A DNA stretch of 64,000 nt from Eledone cirrhosa (GCA_964016885.1 OZ024740.1:382726001-382790000); one strand, 5' to 3'; positions 1 through 12,031 are shown, counted from the stretch's first letter. Notes: a model not told the origin generated them from the letters alone. Program-made: numbers and translations.

Positions 1-660
1 ATGATGGCTAGTAGATCACTGGTGATGGATAGTCCTATTTCTAATTCTTCATTTTAATTTATAAATATATATTTACACACTCCCTATATATATATATATA
101 TATACATATATAGGCGTGTGTGTGTGTATGTAAGTATGTATATGTGGGAAGTGTTTGTATGCTTATGCAGTTGTATATCTAATTTTAAAATATATGAAAG
201 TAAAAAAATAAATGGATGAAGAAAACGATTGTTGGTTACACCGAATATCAGAAAAATACACATCAATGTTTAACAGGCTGGAATCATTTCATTGCAATCA
301 TTTTTTTAAAAAATAGCATCACTGACGCGGTCGTTGTCAAGTTGGTAAGATAGTATGACGAAATAAGTTTTAGTTTGTTTCGACAGCATTTCCTTGAGCC
401 AAACGGAGCCTGTGTCTCAATTTTAAATGAATTCAAATATATTTTTCTGGTTACATTTTATATTTCTTACATATAGACTTTCTTCTAAAATATATACATT
501 TGATTGATTTATATGATTTCTTATCTATCCCTTGCGATGATACAAATATGCTACACGAATATATATGTATACGAAACGATCGTAAAATAATGATATGAAT
601 AGGTAAAGTAACTTGACTTTGTTTTTATTTTCATCGGTAGTTTAATATATAATATATATA

Positions 661-870
661 TAGTTATGTAATAAACAACATAAGATAATTATTTCATTTA
701 CCAGTTGTTTCTTGAAAGCAAACAAAATTTGCTTTCAGTCATCAGAATGAAAAAATCCTGGTGTATGTATTAGCAGTGGATTTTAAAAACAAAAATATAA
801 TCTATATGAAAGTGAGGCTGGAAAAGGAAGAAGGAAAGGAAAAAGAATAAATATAAAAGTAGATAAGCAC
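661..870 (-). repeat. Inverted copy of PLE pLTR family A (partner at ~4345-4554)
   Basis: ~210 bp that is the near-exact reverse complement of 4345-4554; contains a hammerhead motif; lies upstream of a PLE body. Confidence 0.85.
692..752 (-). ncRNA. Type I hammerhead ribozyme motif, family A (slightly degenerate copy)
   Basis: Minus strand: TTTCATT-CTGATGA-CTGAAAGCAAA/TTTGCTTTCAA-GAAA-CAACTGG-TA-AATGAAA. Confidence 0.75.
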
Positions 871-920
871 ACACGCACACACATATATACATACACACAT
901 ATATACATACATATATATAA

Positions 921-999
<79 letters not shown>

Positions 1000-1009
1000 C
1001 ACACATATA

Positions 1010-2030
1010 TAATCAATACTTTTGCTAATATTAACCTTAAAATTACTATAGATACGAACCTTACCAATGCTAACTTTCTTGACATTAATCTTCATCTACT
1101 TACTGCCTCTTTTAAACCTTATCATAAACCTAACGAACATCTTAGATATATATACACAAAGAGTCTTGCCATCCCCCTATAGTTTAAAAAAATCTTATTC
1201 TCAACATTAGCCGTAGGATTTCTACCTTATCTTCGTCTCTAGACATTTTTAACAAAGCGGCCGCTTATTATAATAAAGCCCTTAATATCAGCGGATTTAC
1301 AGAACACATTAAATATTTACCTACTCCTCCCCCTAAAACTAACCACAATAATAGGAAAAGGAAAATTATTTGGTTTACCCCCCCCCCCCCCCCTTCTCTC
1401 TAACTGTCAAAACTAATGTAGTAAGGAAATTCCTTGACCTTTTAGACAAACATTTTCCTCCTAATCATAGATATTATAAGATATTTAATAGAAATGTAGT
1501 TAAAATCAGTTACCCTTGCTGCCCATCAATGAGGTCTAAAATCACTAATTCTAATCGTACGAGAATAAATCTAGGATGCAGTTGCAGGAAGCCGGATGAA
1601 TGCCCATTACAGGGCAAATGTAATATCAAATACGTTGTATATGAGGCCAAAGTGACACCTTTAATTAACAACCAGCCAGCCAACCAGGAGTGAACGATAT
1701 GTTGGCATGACTCAGGACAGGTACAAAACCAGATTTTATGCACATGTCGCTTCTTTTAAACACTCTGATTAAAGAACAGCAACGGCTCTCGCAAATAAGG
1801 TGTGGGAATTCAAAGATAAAAACATCCCGTACTCTATCGATTGGTCTATTTTAGACCATATGATGGAATACCAAAGAGGCACATATAATTGTTCTTTTTG
1901 TACCACTGAACAATTTAGGTTTCTACAAAACTTGAAAGCCACTTCAACTTGCCTGAACTCCAAGACCGAGATCTTCAGATGTTGTCCTCACCCGAAATCA
2001 CATCTGAACTTAACTGGATTGACATTCCTA
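1010..2030 (+). mobile_element. Penelope-like element (Neptune-like), 5'-truncated and frameshifted: RT C-terminus, Cys linker, GIY-YIG endonuclease
   Basis: Translations [54 protein letters not shown] across several frames. Confidence 0.9.
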
Positions 2031-2268
2031 CGATGACTCAACCACCTTCTTCTCTGTTCTGTACGCCTTACATCCACTACGATTTTTATTACTGTCTGAA
2101 TTCACTTTCTGTACTCTTATATTCTTTTTCTCCCTTATCTCCCCTTATATTTAAACTTTTTCCTATGTTATTTATTTTCCTTATTCCCCCCTACTTTCTA
2201 CCTTACCCTTTACATACCCACCTTTTTTATTTATAGATATTTATTTATGTGTGTATGCATGTGTTGTG

Positions 2269-2350
<82 letters not shown>

Positions 2351-2469
2351 GTAGGAGGTGAGTTTTATTGTAGTACAATAAAGCAATGCAGATATCGGAT
2401 AAGAAGCACTCTACAGTTTGTAGGACTGGAGTATATATAATATCAAAAGATGGTTAAATGAGTTCCATG

Positions 2470-2540
2470 TATTTTATTATGCGCATTTCAAAAACAAATA
2501 TCATCATGCAATAACATTTGTGTTTTCATCAGATAAAATA
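2470..2540 (-). ncRNA. Type I hammerhead ribozyme motif, family B
   Basis: Reverse complement of 3721-3791. Confidence 0.8.
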
Positions 2541-2902
2541 GGAGGACATGATATGAAGGTTAAAAACACTTGTGGATAGTGCAGTTTTAAATCAACATAT
2601 GAAAAGTAGTTTTAGATTAATGTGTGATATTGGGGAAAACATTTTTTTGAGAGGGGGTGGGGTGGAAAGGATGAAAAAGAGGAGGAGATGAGAGTAAAAA
2701 GTGGAGGTGGAGGAGTATAATGAGGAAGGATGAGATAGGAGGAGAGATAGCTGATAGAGAGAGAAAGATAGCTTTTATAACTGAGAAAAATATATTGTTT
2801 TACATAGAGACGTTCAAAAACCGTTGGAAGATAATGTATAAATTAAAAGAATTTGAAAATTAACTAAGAGAAAAATAATGTAAAGTTAAGGTTTGTATAT
2901 TG

Positions 2903-3072
2903 AAGGGTTTAATAATATGTGCGATGAAAAGTAATTGTTAATATGTATTAAGAATAATATTTAAGGGTTTAATAATATGTGCGATGGAAAGAAAATGTTA
3001 ATATGTATTAAGAATAATTTTAAGGGTTTAATAATATGTGCGATGGAAAGAAAATGTTGATATGTATTATTA
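2903..3072 (+). repeat. ~59-60 bp tandem repeat, about 3 copies
   Basis: AAGGGTTTAATAATATGTGCGATG.AAAG unit at ~2903, 2963 and 3022. Confidence 0.9.
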
Positions 3073-3720
3073 AATAAACAGAAGTAATGTAAGTAAGGAT
3101 ATATTGTGAGATGAGCATGAATAAGTTAGATGAAAGTGAGAAAAAAATAATGAATAGAGGATGAATAATCTAACGTCAAAAAAATGTTTATGTTTACGAA
3201 GGATTTTTTCAAGGTGATATAAAGTAAGAATATAGTGTATTGTGTAATAATTGTTTCTATGTTAGGCACAGTGAGAAAAGGTACAGATTAGGGTTAGAAA
3301 TTAAAAGAAAAAGAAAAGAAAAGGAAAAGGAAGAAAGGGAAGTGATATTATTAAACCCTTCAATATACAAACCTTAACTTTACATTATTTTTCTCTTCGT
3401 TAATTTTCAAATTCTTTTAATTTATACATTATCTTCCAACGGTTTTTCAACCTCTCTATGTAAAACAATACATTTTTCTCAGTTATAAAAGCTATCTCTC
3501 TCTCTATCAGCCATCTCTCCTCCTATCTCATCCTTCCTCATTATACTCCTCCGCCTCCACTTTTTACTCTCATCTCCTCCTCTTTTTCATCCTTTCCAAC
3601 CTCCACCCCTCAAAACAAATTTTTTCCCCAATATCACACATCAATCTAAAACTACTTTTCATATGTTGATTTAAAACTGCACTATCCACAAGTGTTTTTA
3701 ACCTTCATATCATGTCCTCC

Positions 3721-3791
3721 TATTTTATCTGATGAAAACACAAATGTTATTGCATGATGATATTTGTTTTTGAAATGCGCATAATAAAATA
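3721..3791 (+). ncRNA. Type I hammerhead ribozyme motif, family B, palindromic stem III
   Basis: TATTTTAT-CTGATGA-long stem II-GAAA-TGCGCA-TA-ATAAAATA; 8-bp stem I. Confidence 0.85.
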
Positions 3792-3821
3792 CATGGAACT
3801 CATTTAACCATCTTTTGATCT

Positions 3822-3885
<64 letters not shown>

Positions 3886-4173
3886 GTGTATATAATTATA
3901 TATATATATATATGTATGAATAATTACATACAGAGTGAATTAATGTTTATTTTCATTGATTATTTGCTCCAGGAACTTCTTGAGTGCTCTAAATCAATTA
4001 TAAACATTTATACCTTTATCTATTTATTTATTTATTTATTATTTGTCGTATTCCCAACTATTTGTTTACCCCTTGCACCTTTTTATTTATATATATATAT
4101 ATATGTTTGTGTGTGTGTGTGCGCGTTTGTGTATTTGTGTGTATGTGTATGTATGGATATGTATATATGTATG

Positions 4174-4204
<31 letters not shown>

Positions 4205-4221
4205 ATGTGTATATATGTGTG

Positions 4222-4294
<73 letters not shown>

Positions 4295-4462
4295 GTATAT
4301 GTTTGTGTGCGTGTGTCTATGTGTGTATGTGTGTGTGTGCATCAGTGTTTATCTACTTTTATATTTATTCTTTTTCCTTTCCTTATTCCTTTTCCAGCCT
4401 CACTTTCATATAGATTATATTTTTGTTTTTAAAATCCACTGTCAATAAATACACCAGGATGT

Positions 4463-4523
4463 TTTCATTCTGATGACTGAAAGCAAATATTGTTTGCTTT
4501 CAGGAAACCACTGGTAAATGAAA
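4463..4523 (+). ncRNA. Type I hammerhead ribozyme motif, family A
   Basis: TTTCATT-CTGATGA-CTGAAAGCAAA-TATTG-TTTGCTTTCAG-GAAA-CCACTGG-TA-AATGAAA; 7-bp stem I, 11-bp stem II. Confidence 0.85.
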
Positions 4524-4624
4524 TAATTATCTTATGTTGTTTATTACATAACTATTAAGCTCTGTAACCTACATAGATCACTCTTTTTTTCTGGACCTTT
4601 CCCACGGAATTACTTCATTCATAC

Positions 4625-4654
<30 letters not shown>

Positions 4655-4657
<3 letters not shown>

Positions 4658-5203
4658 TTATTAAAATAACAGATTAAAGTTTAAGCAAATAATGGCTGCT
4701 TTCACCCTTAACGGGATCTTCTGAAACTAACAAAGTCAATCTGTAAACGCAGAACTGGATATTTCAAAAAACGTTGAAACCGGAGGAAGAGAGGAAGACG
4801 ATACTTTGGTTCGTGGGTTTGTCTTTGCGTGCTATTGTTCTCCACGATCCACATATGACGTATTATTTTCGTTTTTTCGCTCAATGCCAGAGAACGTCTC
4901 TATGCACCACCTAAGAGAACATTAGTCTACGACCTGTTTTATACCATAAACGTGGTTCTGTCTTTGCGCGTAATTGCTTTTCACCGCTCCTATTAATGAC
5001 GTATTATTCGTGTTTTCCCGTTCTTTGCCAGCGAACGTTTCCACGAACCAAAGTATCGTCTTACTGTCTTCCTCCGGTTGCAACGTTTTTTGAAATATCC
5101 AGTTCTGCGTTTACAGATTGACTTTGTTAGTTTCAGAAGATCCCGTTAACGGTGAAAGCAGCGATTCTTTGCTTAAACTTTAATCTGTTATTTTAATAAA
5201 TAT
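4655..5203. repeat. Inverted-repeat element (~160 bp arms 4655-4816 / 5041-5203) with internal diverged direct repeats; probably a PLE pLTR remnant
   Basis: Arms are reverse complements; adjacent to (TA)n; hammerhead-like variant in each arm. Confidence 0.7.
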
Positions 5204-5286
5204 TTGCTCTACGGTTCTTATATATTTGATATATATCTATCCTTATCGAGCCCTCTTTGGATTTTAGTCTTCAAATTTATTATTAT

Positions 5287-5358
<72 letters not shown>

Positions 5359-5586
5359 CTATATATGTATATATATATATAGCTATATATGTATAGACGA
5401 CCAATTTTTTGATTTCGAGATCTCTGCAATCAAGGCTTGTCATGCCATCATTCATTCCATGATTAAACTCTCTTGGGCTTCATTATTCATAATACTTTGT
5501 TTGCATAGTATATGAGGTGAAACAAATTAAAATAGACAGGATACGGCACCACTAGATACTCATATATTTTGCTTTTTACTTTAGAG

Positions 5587-6610
5587 TAGGGGTCACCAAA
5601 CCTTTTTCACAGTGGGCCGGAAAACTGAAAGAATGACGAGCGCGGGCCGCATAATCTGTCTGTTCAATACTTGCAAGCTAGAACAAAAGCTCTGGGAAAA
5701 AAGACGAAACACTGCGTTTAGCATTCCATGTTAATCATGGGTGAGTGGGGTGCAAGGCACAAAAAACAAAGACAATCAATATATTTATTTACTAAAAAGT
5801 TATCAAAGAAGTCGCCGCTAGCAAAAATATAGTTACATCAGACCTAGTGTGCACATATCCGAATCTTACAAAAAAAGCAGCAAAAAAGGTTAGTGAGATT
5901 TGTGAAACTCACGTTTGGCTTTCAGGATATCATCAATGTTTGAATTGGAATTGATGCATCCAATCAAGAGAATTGCTTTCAAATGTTCATCAGTCAATCT
6001 CGTTCTATGTGTTGACTTCACATACTTCATTTTTGAAAATGTTTGCTCACAGACATAAGTTGCTCCAAACAATGATGCCATACCGTCGGCAAATTTCTTC
6101 AATTTCGGAAACTCAACATCAGGTAAGAAGCGGTAAAATTCAACAAGTTTTCCTTCTCTGTGCTTCTCTTTCAACAAGTCACTGTTATTCAAATGGCACA
6201 TCATCAAGGTTACAATCAAACGGATTCTGGAACAGAAGAATGTCACTCAATTCTGTCGATATCTGAAAATCTCTAAAAAAAATGCTTCTTCAGGTCACGA
6301 ATAATCTTTTTAAGAAAATCGAGGTTGACATCTTCAGCAATTGTAGCGCAAAACTGTTTGAAACAGTGAAAATGAGTTGTGCTTCAAACAACGACAGCTT
6401 TCTCCGAAATCCTTTGATGATTCTGTATAGATCACAGACGAGATTATCCTTTCCCTGAAGTTTCAAGTTCAGTTCATTCATATCGAATGTGATGTCCACC
6501 AGAAATGATAACTTTGACAGTCGGGTAGGATCTGACAGCTGTGGATCAGCTCTATCTTTTTCAGTGAGAAAAACATCTATTTCGTTTCGGAGCTTGTAAA
6601 GACGAAACAG
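5587..6610 (-). mobile_element. hAT (Buster/Charlie/SPIN-type) DNA transposon, 3' part with one TIR
   Basis: LNLKLQGKD and LFGATYVCEQTFSKMK..RTRLTDEHL dimerisation motif; TAGGGGTCACCAAAC end preceded by CTTTAGAG (NNNTANNN-type target). Confidence 0.9.
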
Positions 6611-6672
6611 TCACGCTATTTAGAACATGACTTGGCAAACCATTTAGAACACTGGTTTGACAGCTTTACTTC

Positions 6673-6707
6673 CCTCTGAAGAAAAGATATTATCTCGAAA
6701 ATTAAGG
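6673..6707 (+). ncRNA. Putative minimal hammerhead, family E (stem III reduced to AATT)
   Basis: CCT-CTGAAGA-AAAGATATTATCTC-GAAA-AT-TA-AGG, ~120 bp before a long (TA)n. Confidence 0.5.
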
Positions 6708-6821
6708 ACATTTAAATAAATCTAAGGTAAAAGACTAATTGTCAACAATAACTTTTGTATTTGCATTCTTTATTCTATGTCCATACCTGCATTGTTTTGG
6801 CTTTATTATACATATACAAAC

Positions 6822-7040
<219 letters not shown>

Positions 7041-7353
7041 CATGTCTATGTGTGTATATCGGCTTTCATATTCTAAAATCTAAATTTAGTTTTATGTCCA
7101 GGAAAAAAAAACTATTGGTTCCTATTACACGGTTAAACTAAATATAAGACTAGTTACTTGGTCCGTGACATTTTATTGCAGAGCCATTAAATGTGTTTGC
7201 GACACAAAACGTAAAGCAATATATTCGAGACGAAATTCCATCAATGTTCTCGCATTCCTAAATCATCAATTGTTATTGTCTTACATCACATTTCTTAAAA
7301 GTTTCGTCTCAGTATCAATAGTATTTATTTCCAAGTAAAAATTTGCCAATGTT

Positions 7354-7396
<43 letters not shown>

Positions 7397-7482
7397 CATC
7401 TCTAATATACACCTACAAACACACATAGATATATACACACACACGCACAAACAAATATACACACAGACCCAGACACATATAT

Positions 7483-7518
<36 letters not shown>

Positions 7519-7644
7519 GTAGGAGGTGAGTTTTATTGTAGTACAATAAAGCAATGCAGATATCGGATAAGAAGCACTCTACAGTTTGTAGGACTGGAGT
7601 ATACATAATATATAAGAACAAAAGATGGTTAAAAGAGTTCCATG

Positions 7645-7715
7645 TATTTTATTATGCGCATTTCAAAAACAAATATCATCATGCAATAATATTTGTGTTT
7701 TCATCAGATAAAACA
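7645..7715 (-). ncRNA. Hammerhead family B
   Basis: Reverse complement of 7751-7821. Confidence 0.8.
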
Positions 7716-7750
7716 GGAAGACATGATATGAAGGTCATATCATGTCTTCC

Positions 7751-7821
7751 TGTTTTATCTGATGAAAACACAAATATTATTGCATGATGATATTTGTTTT
7801 TGAAATGCGCATAATAAAATA
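7751..7821 (+). ncRNA. Hammerhead family B
   Basis: TGTTTTAT-CTGATGA...GAAA-TGCGCA-TA-ATAAAATA. Confidence 0.8.
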
Positions 7822-7849
7822 CATGGAACTCTTTTAACCATCTTTTGTT

Positions 7850-7884
<35 letters not shown>

Positions 7885-8013
7885 CGTTTCTGAATTTGTT
7901 TAGTAAGATTCTTTATCTGAAATCGTGTGTTGAAACCGATATTGTCATACTTTGGGAGGGTCATGTTGCCAATAAGAAACACACGCATATATATATATAT
8001 ATTTATATATATT

Positions 8014-8162
<149 letters not shown>

Positions 8163-8175
8163 ATTTATATATATT

Positions 8176-8253
<78 letters not shown>

Positions 8254-8263
8254 AGCCAGTAAG

Positions 8264-8357
8264 ACCCCGACGGCTGAGCTGAAGCCGTTTCGACGGCTAA
8301 TTCTGGACTAAATGAAAATTTATCCTGGTATTTAAATAGCCGATCTTCTCAAGGGGT
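8264..8357 (-). ncRNA. Hammerhead family C with U3-A8 core (sense to the PLE ORF)
   Basis: Reverse complement of 11047-11140 with one substitution in stem III. Confidence 0.75.
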
Positions 8358-9469
8358 AATTCCATATATGGTCAAAGTGATTGTCAAAGTCAGTAGTAAT
8401 TCTGTGATTGCAAATTAGTGGGGGAGATGATGGCTAAACCTGCCAGTAGGAGAAAGAGTGCCAGCTACAGCTGGGCATGAGGTCAAAGAAGATACTGGGG
8501 AGGGGGAAGGGGAGGAAGTCGGAACGGTAGGTAGAACAATGAGGGGTAAAAATATATATGGAAGAAAAAATACTGAGAGTGAAGAAAAGCGAATAAGTGT
8601 AAAGAAAAAAGTAAAGCAAGTTCTACGACCTAAGTCTCTAGCTATTGTTAGGATAAATAAATAAATAAAGAAAGAAAGAAAGAAGTAAAGAAAGAAATAA
8701 AGAAATAACGGAATAAGTAAATGAACTAGGTGGGACGAATAGGCAAGGACACTTTTAAGAGGTATAAGTACGTAAATCATACGGTGACAGGTCAACAAAT
8801 GGGGCCAAAATACTAAAGAGACTACCACGAAATAAATAATAAAGGTTTCTATCCCGGGCACAATGCCAGCAACCACCCAGTGTAGCAAAGTAAACTAGTA
8901 CGAGATAATAATTCTGAGTCCCGAAAAAAATATATACTAATGCTAACTCTAAAAGATCTTAAACAAGCTACATGAAAGTTCGTACGAAGTAAAGGTAGAA
9001 TACGGAAAAATAAATTCAGAATCCACCCCGCCCAAAAGAAAAGCGAAGAAAGAAATACTGAAACGAGAAAATAAGGCATAGTGCCACTAAGAAATATAGA
9101 AGGCACGGAAAATAGTGGGAGCGGTCGAAAAAAGGGGGCAAGTATCCGGGGTCTAAACCAACTGCTATAAAAAGCGGAGTCCGCCAAATCTATCATAGAC
9201 TAGGGGAGGGGGTGGGGGTACTAAGGCTACAAGGGGCCAAAGGGCAGCCTCGGGTGGGCGAGAAAAGACGCCGACAAAGAAGAAGAGCTGGGGTAGAAGG
9301 ACTAAGGAGGGATGGGGGAAGGAAATAAAGGAAGCGATAAAAGAATAAAAAGAAGATCTTACGTCTCCCTTGGCAAGCAGGGGTTACCCATTGCAAGATC
9401 GGCAAGTGGGGTGTTATAGCCCTAGTCTACCCCCCCCCCGGTCATTATGGGGTTTGAGGGCGAGGTAAG

Positions 9470-10665
9470 TCCTACGCAATCTATGTTTACATGCAGTAAC
9501 CAGTTCATCTTTCTTGTTTAGGAGTTGGTCCGTCGAAAACAGCATTTGTAAAGTTTCCTCCGAGCATAAATTGCACGGACGGCGTCTTCCCGTGTAAGAA
9601 TTGGCTCTGGACAGTAATCTCCAAGTGAGATCATAGGTGATGTTGTTGTCCTTGAGGTCCCATATGTGGCCCGAAAGTGTAGTGGCGTGACGCCGGGCCG
9701 GGTTTCGGAAGGTATGTCTATGTTGGTATAGCCGGGTTTGAAGTCACATGCGGTAAGTCCTATATAGGCTTTGTTTGAGGTATCCGTCCTCACGTTGCAC
9801 TGGTAGATCACATTACGGTCTCTGCATCTATTGTCGAGTGGGCAAATGGATCTATCCGGACAGTTACACCTCCTGGTCGGATCTCCACTGCTATTTAGGT
9901 TATTTCTGCCATCGGGGTTGAGTTTTTTGTTGTTAGAGGAGACGATGTTTTGTGCGAAGTTTGGTGTAGTGCTGTAAGAGAGTTTGATGGTATTTTTGTT
10001 AATTATGTTGTGGTAGCGGTGTTGTAGTGGGAAGTGTTTTTCAATGAGCCTAAAGAATAGTTTACCGATGGGAGTTGTCACCTCTGCGTTGTGGGGAGGA
10101 TTGAACCATGTTACATTGCGTGAGAGGCGGTGTCTCCTGCTGGTTCCGCTAATGGGAGCTGGACAGTAGGATATTTCCTCCCGGAAACCACTCCGCTTGA
10201 GGGCCTGGTTGTAATACGTCGCATGTTCATCGAATATCCGCTCATTAGCTGACAAACGGGATATGCGGAGGGAGATGTTTTTGACCAGGTTGTTTGTGAT
10301 GTTCCTAGGATGGTTTGATCGGCGGTGGATGTAGTGCAGGTTGTCATTAGGTTTCCTGTATGGGTAGTACAGGTCGTTTTCGAGGTCGAGGGTCACGTCC
10401 AGGAAGTTTACTCGGGTCAGGGACGTTTGTAGGGTTATTTTAAATCCCCAGTCGCGGAAGAAGCTGATTAATTGTTTCCGGACCCGATCTGTACTACTGG
10501 GGTTGTACCGTTTAAGGGTAAGGAGCCCATCATCACGGTACAATCCACCACCGAATGCAGGAAACATATCAGTGAGTTTGGCTATTAGGAATAATCCTAT
10601 AAGATCTGTGACCTCCGCCGAATCCTTGGCGCCCATGCTGACGTCGAAGGGTGAGTCGGGGGCTC
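9470..10665 (-). pseudogene. PLE reverse transcriptase (C-terminal half) plus GIY-YIG endonuclease, one frameshift near 9730
   Basis: FDVSMGA, GLYRDDGL, NFLDVTL, CNC..CPL..C, VIYQC..YIGLT; continues in another frame as HIWDLK..CNLC..LNKKDEL..CKH. Confidence 0.92.
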
Positions 10666-11046
10666 TTTTTATCCATTTTCTTTCTTTACTTCTTTCTTTC
10701 TTTATTTATTTATTTATCTAGCCTAACAATAGCTAGAGACTTAGGTCGTAGAACTTGCTTTACTTTTTTCTTTACACTTATTCGCTTTTCTTCACTCTCA
10801 GTATTTTTTCTTTCATATATATTTTTACCCCTCATTGTTCTACCTACCGTTCCGACTCCCCCCCTCCCCAGTATCTTCTTTGACCTCATGCCCAGCTGTA
10901 GCTGGCACTACCAACGCTTGATTGGGTCTACTCCACCCCCTCCCCTCTTTCTCCTACTGGCAGGTTTAGCCACCATCTCCCCCACTAATTTGCAATCACA
11001 GAATTACTACTGACTTTTGACAATCACTTTGACCATATATGGAATT

Positions 11047-11140
11047 ACCCCTTGAGAAGATCGGCTATTTAAATACCAGGATAAATTTTCATTTAGTCCA
11101 GAATTAGCCGTCGAAACGGCTTGAGCTCAGCCGTCGGGGT
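11047..11140 (+). ncRNA. Hammerhead family C with U3-A8 core
   Basis: ACCCC-TTGAGAA-GA(T)CGGCTA...TAGCCGTC-GAAA-CGGCT-TGAGCTC-AGCCG-TC-GGGGT. Confidence 0.78.
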
Positions 11141-11231
11141 CTTACTGGTTCCTATTACCCACTCTACTACCCCAAGTATTGAGTACTTTGGTGCGTTATG
11201 GTCCACCTGGTTCCTTACCACATTTCCTTCG

Positions 11232-11274
<43 letters not shown>

Positions 11275-11275
<1 letters not shown>

Positions 11276-12006
11276 ATCTAAGGCGGGTAATATTCCCGAG
11301 ATCCATGGATGAGTTCTCTCCAGCGGTCTCTGTCCCTCATTGTCGCTGCCATGTCCTGCATCTCCAACAGACCAGTGTCTGTCCTTAGGGCATCAACATA
11401 CGTTAACCTTGGTCTTCCTCTTCTAGTGTGCCCATGTAGGGGCTCCCAAAGGAGTACTGAGTGCAATGTCAACTCTGGATGTCGGTGAGCATGTCCAGCT
11501 AACCTCAGTCTCCTCTGTGTCACTTTTGAGCTGACTTTTGGGATGCTCCCATACAGCTATGAGTTTTTCATCCTCAGTGTATACTGATTAACGTTCAGAG
11601 CCATCCTCAGCATTCTCTGATGAAGATCTTACAGGCTTATGGAATCCCCAAAAGATAGTGCACCTGATATCACTGCTCTACACCAACACCAAAGCCCAAG
11701 TCATTACGCCTGATGGGATGACAGAGTTCTTTGAGATACTGGCTGGAGTGCTGCAGCGAGATACATTGGCTCCCTACCTTTTTATCATCGTAGTGGACTA
11801 TTGTATGCGCCTTGCACTGGAGAAACACCAGGACTCTGGCTTTACTATAGCACCGGCTCAGAGCAGGAGAGTTAAGGCGAAAAAGGCATCGGATGCTGAG
11901 TTTTCTGACGACATAGTTTTGGTGACAAATACAGTGAAGGAGGCAGAGGATTTGATGCGGGAGGTTGAGACTGTGTCGATGAGTGTGGGGCTGAGAATGA
12001 ATGAAC
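11275..12006. mobile_element. RTE-clade LINE fragment with internal inversion (3' end on minus 11275-11616; RT segment on plus 11617-12006)
   Basis: RRLRLAGH..RGRPRLTY on minus; GVLQRDTLAPYLFII..FSDDIVL on plus; (TA)n on both sides. Confidence 0.85.
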
Positions 12007-12031
12007 GAATATATATATATATATATATATA

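Larger units (their letters stand above)
2351..3819. mobile_element. PLE pLTR family B remnant: ~475 bp inverted arms (2442-2918 / 3345-3819) plus one-sided tail (2351-2441), flanked by (TA)n
   Basis: Arms are reverse complements with few mismatches; each carries a hammerhead; same family at 7519-7857. Confidence 0.8.
7519..7857. mobile_element. PLE family B mini-insertion: tail plus perfect ~120 bp-arm palindrome in (TA)n
   Basis: Arms 7609-7730 / 7736-7857 around AAGGT; 7519-7602 matches 2351-2434. Confidence 0.85.
8251..11232 (-). mobile_element. Penelope-like element (Neptune-like), 5'-truncated, with inverted pLTRs (8251-~8715 / ~10672-11153), flanked by (TA)n
   Basis: RT-GIY-YIG ORF between inverted repeats; (TA)n on both sides. 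Confidence 0.92.

Noticed and set aside
770-1095. Many ORFs rich in YI/CV/HT repeats here and throughout the window
   Set aside because: Translations of stop-free (TA)n/(TG)n microsatellites, not genes
1691-1693. In-frame TGA in the PLE ORF as possible selenocysteine
   Set aside because: The YVGMT motif continues in a different frame, so this is a frameshift
2903-3072. CRISPR-like array
   Set aside because: The whole unit repeats with no unique spacers; eukaryotic context
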